DNA of 7,094 bases from Octopus sinensis. Lineage: Eukaryota. The stretch lies in NCBI RefSeq assembly GCF_006345805.1, contig NW_021828976.1, forward strand, positions 1 through 7,094. Reading direction: 5' to 3'. Position numbers and translations under genes: made by a program. Of the stretch, positions 1 to 7,034 are shown one piece after another; position 1 is the stretch's first letter; each line of letters begins with the position of its first letter. Under the pieces are notes generated by a model. It worked only from the letters and a program-made list of their open reading frames with translations, made no database searches and was not told the DNA's origin.

Positions 1-1406
1 GCTCGTAGGGTAAACCATCCAATCCAGGCGACTTATCCCTCGCGCAGCCCGCCATCGCATCCCACATGTCAGCGGCTGTGATGGGACTTTCACAACACTC
101 CGCTTCTCTTGCCGAGAGCCGCGGCAGGTCGGTCAGGTAGGCACTGAAATCCATCCCTCGTTCCGACCCACCACTCGCACCAAACAGTCGAGCAAAGTGC
201 TGTTGAAAGGCCTCACACATCCTTTCGGGTTCGAGTAAACTGCATCCCTGTTGATCTATTAGAGACCGAATGGTTGATCTGTTGCCACGCTGCGCCTCCG
301 CTACCCGGGCCTCTCGCGCAGCTTCAATCCCTTCGTTCCTTAAGGCACGCATTTTAGCTCTGACGACGCAACCTTCGTGCTTGGCGTTGAGGTGTTGGTC
401 GAGGGCCATCCTCGCAGCCAGCACGTTGGTTGCGAGCCAGTGGTAAGTGCCTCTTCTAGTTTCTTAACTAAGTCTCCCTCTACTCTATTTCGTTCTATCG
501 CTAATTCCTTGCTAAACCTAATTGATTCCGATTTTATTGCCATTTTCAGGGCGTACCACCAGCGGTTGTTAACGATCGCTCCCGTCAGCGCCCTCTTAAT
601 TAACTCGCTAATCCGGTTCCTGTAAACCTGTCGCGCTAACAGCGACGTGTTCAGTTTCCAGTAACCGGGACCCTGCCTATGTGTTTTATCTAAGTCGAGC
701 GTACACGTAACAAATTTGTGATCTGTGTAGCTGACTATTTTAAATTGTGGACATCCTACACTATCCCTATCCGCTGTCCTGCATAGAATTCTATCTAGAT
801 AAGATCTCGACGATCCGACGCGGTTGTCCAAGTCCACGTTGGCACGTTTGGATGGTCGAGTCGGAACCTGTCAGACAAATGGAAACGTCTGAGCAGGTCT
901 TTGAGGCTCTTACACCCCCCTTCTATTCCTATCCCTTCCCACATAATCTAGATGCGTGTCCAAGGTAGCGTTCCAATCCCCTACTAACAGTAAAGGTCTA
1001 GACGTACCCAGGAAACCTCTAGACGTCTGAAGAATCCGCCCGACCCGTTAAGGACGGTGCATAAACTGCCATCAGACGGAATGCACACCCATTTCTGCCA
1101 TCCACGTCCAAGACAACCAGCCTACCCTCCGGGTCTAGGAATATTGCTCTTACTTTTACCTCTAGACTCTTTCGAAAAAGCACCGCAGTACCTCCACCAC
1201 ACCCATGTTCGGCAGACAGGGAGAAAAATAAATGTCAAATTGATTGCCAAACATGGACTCGAGGGCCCCGCGTGTACTAAGTCTGGTTTCACTGATAGCT
1301 ACTATATCCACGTCCATGACTTGATGTCGTTTAGAAGGTAACCTTGCTTCCAAGCCGACGCCAAGCCACGCGCATTCACACAACCTAATTTAAGCATACT
1401 TGACAT
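1..1406 (-). pseudogene. LINE ORF2 (pol): APE endonuclease domain plus linker, frameshifted; RT domain lies outside the window
   Basis: ATG at 1406 gives MSSMLKLGCVNARGL. Joining frames gives DVDIVAISETRL (ORF 1162..1383), GGTAVLFRK, LMAVYAPS, LLVGDWNA, then SYLDRIL, YTDHKFV and GPGYWKLNTSLL (ORF 340..837). After a shift near 435 it reads HEGCVVRAKMRALRNEG...CESPITAADMWDAM...KSPGLDGLPYE (34->2), open at the edge. Several frameshifts are needed, so this copy is inactive. Confidence 0.92.
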
Positions 1407-1484
1407 TTACGAAAATTGTGTTTTACACACTATATTAGAAGAGACAAGAGGCAAGAAGTGAGGTCACTTACTCATTTTAAAAGT

Positions 1485-3088
1485 TTAATTTTTTTCTTCT
1501 TCTTCTTCTTTTGTATCGTTTTTGATGAGGTGTTTGTATAGTTTTTTCGACAGGTATCGTTGATACCCGCCTACCGCATTCGGAAATATTGTTTTCAGTA
1601 TGTGGTGTCGTGCTTGTGTTATGTGTAAAATTCTGATGTGTTTCGGTGGTTTGGTGTGCGGATGATTGTTTGTCTTAAAGTCATCTTCACAGACGACCAT
1701 GTTAGATTTGATGTAGTCCATTAATTATTTATTGTCTGTGTCTATTGCAGTTAGTTGTGTGTGTGGTTTTACGGGTTCATTACTTTTTTGATTGTCTAGG
1801 GGGATGTTGTCCTGAGTTAGATATCTCCCTGCTTTAATTCCTTGTTTGGTGGATTTTTTGGATCTTTTTCTTTTACCCCCTGTGGCTATTTGCCATTCCG
1901 TCGAACTTTCGTCGTCCGAGGTATCAGTATGGGGTAGAGGAAAAAGAACAGGATCACTATGTATGCTTGTATAAATTGTTGATGTTTTGTGCGGTGTTTG
2001 TGTTGTTGTGGTGTTAGGGGTAGCATTTGTCTTCTCGTCAGTGTTTTCTGTCTTTTTAATTGTCGTCTTGGGTGTGGGTGTGGGTCGATTTTTTGAAGAT
2101 TCAACAAGTTTAATTGGTTGTGACGTCAACGGTGATTGTGTTGGTACTGTTTTTCTTGGTGATGTTGTTGGGGTTTGTTTGCTGGTTTGTTGTTTTCTTG
2201 GCATTGTTCCATAATTGAGTGTGTTGGTGTTGGTGTTGGCAACAAAGGGATTTTATTTGTTTTCTGAATTGTTCTTTCTTGTTTTTTCTGTACCAGATCG
2301 CACTTGCAATCAAATGTTCGGGGCTGCCACATTTGTAGCATCTAGGCTTTTTGCCTTCTGCCATAACATATAGGCATTGCCCATTCTCCAAGTATATCTT
2401 GTCGGGTAGGCTCTCGATAGAGGCCCCCTCAATCTGGATGGTCACTACTACTATTTTTCCACCCCAATTGTCGTTTAGGTACACGGCTGTTTCTAGAATA
2501 TTGATCTTTTTCAAGTGGTAACAGATTGCCCCTCTTATCCATTTGTTCGGCATATCGGGTAGTACATTTCTGATAGTAATTCTACTCACCCTCTGGTTTT
2601 TATAATAAGGGACCATGATGATTTCATCATTTCCCAGAGACTCAGTAGAGTGAGCTTTTGCCACTTCCTGGTTAGGGAAGCGGACCACTACTGTGTTAAA
2701 CTGGGGACCCCAGTTTATATACTCTTTTTCTTTCATTAGTTTTTTTAAACATTTCTCCACATCAGTTTTTGTAATCTGTTCATTTGGTTTTTGTTTTTTC
2801 TAATAATTTTATATACAATTGTCTTATTTTCTATTTCTTGTTTTATATGTTGAGGTGTATGCAGGACTAAATCTTGTCCACGGGTGGTAAAGAGAGCTCT
2901 TGTTTCTATAGCTCTTTCATTTGTGAATGTAACAATCTCCTTTTTCTGGCGAAGAATATCTGCGAAATTTACTGTTGTTGACTTTTTTGTTATCATCTTC
3001 ACTATTAGATAGTTCATTTTTATTGTTGTTCTTGTTGTTGCTGTTGTTTTTGTCAATAGTTTTCGTTTCAGTTTTATTTTTTCATTTA
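1485..3088 (-). pseudogene. LINE ORF1 (gag-like nucleic-acid-binding protein with RRM-like region and CCHC zinc knuckle), disrupted
   Basis: Pieces 2745..3056, 2110..2760, 2126..2341, 1725..2204 and 1485..1721 tile one protein. The knuckle RCYKCGSPEHLIA-[shift]-KC spans 2340->2300 = 41 nt instead of 42, i.e. a 1-nt deletion. An in-frame TAA at 1727-1725 is followed by TTA ATG of the last piece. A T/P/K-rich tail contains EWQIATGGKRKRSKK, typical of Tx1-like ORF1 C-termini. Confidence 0.85.
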
Positions 3089-3460
3089 CTAGCAGTATCG
3101 CCCGGCGTTGCTCAGGTTTGTAAGGGAAATAACTATAAGCCTTTTAGAGAGTTATAGCCAAAAATAGCAAAAAAATGGAAAAAAATGATGGTAATTTTTT
3201 TTTAGTTAAAAAAGGTGGGTTGCGTCCCCTAGACAGTTTCCGGTTTGTGTTTCTGATTCTCGACCCCATGTCGAATTTATCGATTCTTTTGTGAACGGGG
3301 GAACTTTTCAAAATTTGGCTGCGTTAGTTTTGAATTATGACATTGGGCTATGTGGTGTCAAGTTTCATCAGAATCGGTTGAAAGCCGTGGTCAGGGTGAG
3401 AGTACAAGCAAACAGACACACAGAAACACGCACAGACAAACTGCCGTTTATATATAGAGA
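3089..3460 (-). mobile_element. Complete non-autonomous Helitron (Lep1/HINE-like architecture)
   Basis: Minus strand starts 5'-TCTCTATATATAAA (3460) and ends CTAG-3' (3092-3089). A GC hairpin (CCTGAGCAACGCCGGG, 3116-3101) lies 8 nt before the CTAG. Insertion is between A (3088) and T (3461) with no TSD. There is a subterminal ACAG/ACAC simple repeat and an aagtttcatcagaatcggtt motif. Confidence 0.88.
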
Positions 3461-3719
3461 TGTTGGTCGTGTAGTGGTGGTGGTGGTGGTGGAGGTGGTG
3501 GGGTGGTAGCAGTTGTTGTCTCGTGGTTGCTGTTGTTAGTGGTGGTGGTGGCGGTGGTGACAGGGCTGTTAACGCACGTGGTTGCAGCGTTTCATTTCAC
3601 GAATTTTACGTTGGCATTTCCGTGCGAACGTTCTTTTTTTTCTCTGTCGTTTCCAGACTAGGAAAATGTTGTTCCATAAAAGAACGCGACCAGCGTTCAA
3701 CAATAAAATTTCTAGACAT
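3461..3719 (-). pseudogene. Probable N-terminal, low-complexity (P/T/H-rich) part of ORF1, separated from the rest by the Helitron
   Basis: ATG 3719 gives MSRNFIVERWSRSFMEQHFPSLETTEKKKN. There are two stops (3608, 3599). The frame is then open and, with 3089-3460 removed, continuous with ORF 2745..3056. Confidence 0.5.
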
Positions 3720-3919
3720 TTTCTAATGTCGAGAAGAAAATAACAGAAATGAAATGGGTTCGAAACTGCCCCTAGGGGCGAATTCCTCCCTTGGAAAAGC
3801 ACTCAAATGAAAGTTGGTTGCCTTACACACCTTATTTGCAAAAATCTACACAAAAATTGGCCTATAAATAGTCAAAATAAATGATTACCTTCGGAGCTGA
3901 AACGACATCACATCCGTCA

Positions 3920-3992
<73 letters not shown>

Positions 3993-4011
3993 AGATAGAT
4001 AGATAGATAGA
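3920..4011. repeat. (GATA)n microsatellite, one interruption near 3992
   Basis: Direct reading. Confidence 0.98.
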
Positions 4012-4109
4012 CACAGAGAGAGCGGAATTCGATATCGGGAAAACTTACAACTTTCTGCGGATAGCTCGAAGCTTACTAACATTCTAGACCTAGATCCTTG
4101 AATCCTACA

Positions 4110-4112
<3 letters not shown>

Positions 4113-4182
<70 letters not shown>
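4113..4182. repeat. (AC)35 microsatellite
   Basis: Direct reading. Confidence 0.98.
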
Positions 4183-4187
<5 letters not shown>

Positions 4188-4191
4188 TATA

Positions 4192-4358
4192 TGTAGTCGA
4201 AATTTATAAAAAACAAAAGATGAAGATAGGTTATCAACAACAAGCAGTCGTACTAGTTTGAGGCTCGGGGAAGTGAAAAAGTCTTATACGTTTCGAGCCT
4301 AGATTCTTCAACAGAAAAGAATAAGAGAAATGAAAAACAAAGAGAGAATAAAAAAATG
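4192..4358 (-). mobile_element. Short interspersed fragment resembling a Penelope-like pseudo-LTR, with a degenerate hammerhead motif
   Basis: Minus strand reads tctttt-CTGTTGA-A-GAAT-ctag-GCTC-GAAA-CG-TA-taaga. It is locally homologous to 5447-5520 (gta.ta.tt.ga.gctcggg.aag ... acgtttcgagc..ag.tcttc) and bounded by TA-rich tracts. Boundaries are approximate. Confidence 0.6.
4282..4320 (-). ncRNA. Degenerate minimal type I hammerhead-like motif (core CUGUUGA, mismatched helix II)
   Basis: CTGTTGA at 4314-4308, GAAA at 4294-4291, palindromic ACGT helix III. A6->U and helix II mismatches make activity of this copy unlikely. Confidence 0.5.
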
Positions 4359-4390
4359 TATATATAATAACAATATATAATAATATATAT

Positions 4391-4811
4391 CTCTTTTACT
4401 CTTTTACTCTTTTACTTGTTTCAGTCATTTGACTGCGGCCATGCTGGAGCACCGCCTTTTAATCGAGCAACTCGACCCCGGGACTTATTCTTTTGTAAGC
4501 CCAGTACTTATTCTATCGGTCTCTTTTGCCGAACCGCTAAGTAACGGGGACGTAAACACACCAGCATCAGTTGTCAAGCAATGCTAGGGGGACAAACACA
4601 GACACACAAACATACGCACACACACACATATATATATATACATATATACGACGGTCTTCTTTCAGTTTCCGTCTACCAAATCCACTCACAAGGCATTGGT
4701 CGGCCCGGGACTATAGCAGGAGACACTTGCCCAAGGTGCCACGCAGTGGGACTGCACCCGGAACCATGTGGCTGGTTAGCAAGCTACTTACCACACAGCC
4801 ACTCCTGCGCC
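4391..4811 (-). mobile_element. Full-length tRNA-derived SINE with CORE-like central segment, internal TA/CA microsatellite and LINE-type 3' tail
   Basis: Starts GGCGCAGGAG at 4811. A box TGGCTGTGTGG (4801-4791); B-box-like GGTGCAGTCCC (4758-4748, one mismatch to GTTC); CORE-like GCACCTTGGGCAAGTGTCT. The 3' stem-loop CAGTCA-AA-TGACTG (4435-4422) precedes a (GTAAAAGA)3 tail. TATATAT flanks both sides. Confidence 0.9.
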
Positions 4812-4934
4812 TATATATATATAGCACATACGCGCACATGCACACACATTCACATGCGCACACATATATACATATCTATGTTTGTGTGTGTGTGTGTGTG
4901 TGTACGTGTGTGTATGTATATATATATTTATATA
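4812..4934. repeat. Mixed (TA)/(CA)/(TG) dinucleotide low-complexity tract
   Basis: Direct reading. Confidence 0.9.
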
Positions 4935-5315
4935 AACTGAAGCAGAAAACAAACGTCTCACACATGCTAAATCGAAACCGGTTTATTAACAGACTGCCAT
5001 AGCATTGATTGATGAGTGATAATTAAGAAACCGTTCTTTCCTAATTAAAAAACTTCATTTCCTGAAGCATGTCTTGACATCATATGGCGTCCCGTGATGA
5101 CGCAGTGTCCTGCTTCCAATGACATGGACTCAATATCTCGTGTAACCACCGTTAGCGTTGATTACAGCCAGGTAACTTCTGTCCATTGAATGCATCAAAC
5201 AATTGACGAAGTCCATGGGGATAGCAGCCCAAACTCTATTAAAACTTGCAGTTAAAATTTGGTTTAAATGTTTGACAACTCAGCACCGTCCGTTGGACGG
5301 GGGGCGTTTTGCTCG
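4927..5315 (+). mobile_element. Possible non-autonomous Helitron; 3' terminus recognisable, 5' end uncertain
   Basis: Perfect hairpin CCGTCC-GTT-GGACGG (5286-5300), an 11-nt spacer, then CTCG|T (5312-5316), one mismatch from CTAG|T. A tatataaac start near 4929 resembles the 5' end of the 3089-3460 Helitron, but no 5'-TC is retained. Confidence 0.4.
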
Positions 5316-5393
5316 TATATATAATATATATATATATATATATAATATATATATATATATCTATATATATATATATATATAATATATATGTAT
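5316..5393. repeat. Imperfect (TA)n microsatellite
   Basis: Direct reading. Confidence 0.95.
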
Positions 5394-5589
5394 AGTTAAT
5401 CCAAACAAGAAAGCACAAAAGAACTCAACAATGCGAGGTCGTGGAACAAATATAGTATTATTGGACGCTCGGGAAAGAAGGAGGATTTAACGTTTCGAGC
5501 GGAGCTCTTCGTCGGAAACATAGGAGACGGAAAAATCCAGAGTAGGGAAGACAGAGGAAAAAAAATCGCCAACGTTACATACGAGGTCA
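5394..5589 (-). mobile_element. Second Penelope pLTR-like fragment with hammerhead motif, related to 4192-4358
   Basis: Minus strand reads GTTT-CCGACGA-A-GAGC-tcc-GCTC-GAAA-CG-TT-AAAT. It shares the downstream ...ttcccgagcgtccaa-taatac segment with the 4192-4358 copy, and its 3' side abuts (TA)n. Confidence 0.62.
5485..5519 (-). ncRNA. Minimal type I hammerhead-like motif, variant core CCGACGA
   Basis: Helix I GTTT/AAAT (3 WC pairs + G.U), core 5515-5509, extra A, perfect helix II GAGC/GCTC, GAAA 5496-5493, ACGT palindrome in place of helix III, predicted cleavage after GUU. Confidence 0.62.
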
Positions 5590-5762
5590 TGCTGAGTTGT
5601 CAAACTTGTCCAACCGTCCCGTTGGCCTCCTATTGGAGAAACACTGAATTAACATAAAGTTGGGACACCAGCAAAAGAAGAAATAAAGCTAAACCTTTTT
5701 TCTATTCCAAAAGAAAAATCCATTTTATTAACACAAATATGCAACCGAAGATTGTAAACGTA

Positions 5763-6066
5763 CCAGATAAGGCTGTTGACTGGGAGAGCACAAACATGGT
5801 TTAAATAGTAATCTTGGCAGGAGAGGAACGTGCCTTTAAGCAGTACAAAAACAACAAAAAATGGAGGGTGCAGTTATGTACAAGTTGACGGAAGAAAAAC
5901 AGGAGAAAACGACTTTATCGATCGCATTCTCACATGAAATCGCATTTTGTAACTTTTTTCAAAACTTATACACACCCTGATACCGTCGGTTCTACATATC
6001 AAATTTGAGCGCAATCGGATGGAGGGTGCCCGAGACGCAATAAGACACACAGAGAGAACGGAATTT

Positions 6067-6159
<93 letters not shown>
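5763..6159 (-). mobile_element. Probable non-autonomous Helitron/HINE-like element whose 5' terminus is an expanded (TCTA)n tract
   Basis: 6000-6075 (caaatttgagcgcaatcggatg...gacacacagagagaacggaatttatagatagat) parallels 3358-3461 (caagtttcatcagaatcggttg...gacacacagaaacacg...gtttatatatagagat). A candidate CTGG-3' end lies at 5766-5763 with A|T flanks, but it lacks a convincing hairpin, so the left boundary is tentative. Confidence 0.55.

Positions 6160-6161
<2 letters not shown>
6067..6161. repeat. Perfect (ATAG)23 microsatellite
   Basis: Direct reading. Confidence 0.98.
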
Positions 6162-6337
6162 TACACAAGCTTTCGAATTAGAATCGATGGTCTAACTGAA
6201 AGCAAATTATGAAACAGCTTTAAACATATGGAATTAAACATGATTTACCTCTCAGGTCTAGAATCCGAGATCTTAATTATATTTATATATACGCACATAT
6301 ATAAGAGATCGGATTGTATATAATAGATATTACTAGC

Positions 6338-6368
<31 letters not shown>

Positions 6369-6478
6369 TATATATATAATATATAATATATATGCATACA
6401 TATCCATACATAATATACACATATATGTATATATGTATGTATGTATGTAAATAAATATACATATATACATATATATAA
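6338..6478. repeat. Imperfect (TA)n/(TACA)n low-complexity tract
   Basis: Direct reading. Confidence 0.92.
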
Positions 6479-6484
6479 TGTTTC

Positions 6485-6638
6485 TTACATTATTTACATT
6501 ATTTATATTTGACGCATATTTGTCCTCATCTTGTTTCTTGTTAACACAGCGTTTTGGCTTTATCAGGTGCCTTGGGAAAATTTCGAAACTGGATTCTCAT
6601 TCCTAAGGTATTTTTCGATGTTGTTGTTGTTGTAATTA

Positions 6639-6716
<78 letters not shown>

Positions 6717-6795
6717 TTATTCAGGCCATTGCCTGGAATCGAACTCGGAATGTTGGGGTTAGTTGCCCGGGCTCTTAACCACTACACCATATGCC
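6485..6795 (-). mobile_element. tRNA-headed SINE-like element: Pol III head + (AAT)n + body with degenerate hammerhead + short tandem tail
   Basis: Starts GGCATA at 6795. A box TGGTGTAGTGG (6789-6779); anticodon-like arm GGG-CAACTAA-CCC; B box GAGTTCGATTCC (6746-6735); (AAT)n/(AAC)n at 6721-6620. The body contains GGCAC-CTGATAA-AGCC-AAAA-CG-CT-GTGTT (6571-6543) and ends in (AATGTAAAT)-like repeats near 6485. Confidence 0.8.
6620..6721. repeat. (GTT)n-(ATT)n trinucleotide tract internal to the SINE
   Basis: Direct reading. Confidence 0.95.
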
Positions 6796-6955
6796 AATAA
6801 TAATAATAATAATAATAATAATGATGATGATAACTTCGAAACATAGCTTAGGAATGAGAATCCAGGTTCGACATTCCCCAAGACACCTGGAAGAAGGCTG
6901 GAGGGTACATCAGCCGAACGTTGTGTTAAGACAAACAAGATGAGGACAAATATCC
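6796..6955 (+). mobile_element. Headless, inverted second copy of the same element body
   Basis: (AAT)n then cttaggaatgagaatccag.ttcga...cccaag.cacctg...tgtgttaa...aaacaagatgaggacaaatat is the reverse complement of 6516-6620, apart from substitutions and an ~18-nt segment missing from the left copy. Confidence 0.85.
6882..6927 (+). ncRNA. Minimal type I hammerhead ribozyme-like motif (best-formed helices; core has +1 G and -1 A)
   Basis: Helix I GACAC(6882-6886)/GTGTT(6923-6927); core CTGGAAGA (cf. CUGANGA); extra A; helix II GGCTG(6896-6900)/CAGCC(6911-6915); GAA (cf. GAAA); CG; TT cleavage position. Confidence 0.68.
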
Positions 6956-6981
6956 TTATCTCGTAGATACCCTAAGTTATA

Positions 6982-6987
<6 letters not shown>

Positions 6988-7012
<25 letters not shown>

Positions 7013-7034
7013 TATTAATATATTATTATTATTA

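Larger units (their letters stand above)
1..3719 (-). mobile_element. Degenerate L1/Tx1-clade non-LTR retrotransposon (LINE), 5' half; continues beyond the left window edge; interrupted by a Helitron at 3089-3460
   Basis: Minus strand carries a gag-like ORF1 with a CX2CX4HX4C knuckle, a ~78-nt spacer, then ORF2 with APE endonuclease motifs, the L1/Tx1-typical GPGYWKLNTSLL motif and the pre-RT motif KSPGLDGLPYE. The 5' boundary is uncertain: ATG at 3719, and a UTR may reach ~3919. Confidence 0.9.

Noticed and set aside
377-2214. + strand ORFs 377..625, 747..968, 1057..1341 and 1987..2214
   Set aside because: Antisense shadows of LINE ORF1/ORF2; the hydrophobic look comes from GT-rich complement sequence.
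2110-2760. LTR-retrotransposon gag or host zinc-knuckle gene
   Set aside because: Followed by an APE endonuclease ORF2 rather than protease/RT/integrase, and no LTR or PBS is seen.
3885-4184. 99-aa ORF (CVCV.../IYLS...)
   Set aside because: Translation of (CA)n and (GATA)n microsatellites.
4735-4811. tRNA gene
   Set aside because: Poor cloverleaf, mutated B box, and continuous with a CORE-like segment. It is a SINE head.
4571-5002. 143-aa and 119-aa + strand ORFs
   Set aside because: Antisense to the SINE plus dinucleotide repeats; no protein features.
5396-5590. 64-aa hydrophobic ORF
   Set aside because: Coincides with a pyrimidine-rich pLTR-like fragment; non-ATG start and no supporting motif.
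5270-5605. MITE defined by 16-bp TIRs
   Set aside because: No target-site duplication outside the arms, and the interior is a composite of unrelated repeats. Kept only as an unexplained inverted repeat.
4081-6264. 11-bp inverted match ATTCTAGACCT (4081-4091) / AGGTCTAGAAT (6254-6264)
   Set aside because: Short, does not extend, no TSD; compatible with chance or a very old repeat.
6554-6778. 74-aa poly-Ile membrane-like ORF
   Set aside because: Translation of (ATT)n inside the SINE.
6721-6795. Functional tRNA gene on the - strand
   Set aside because: A and B boxes are present, but the acceptor, D and T stems do not pair properly, and it is fused to a repeat body. It is a SINE head.
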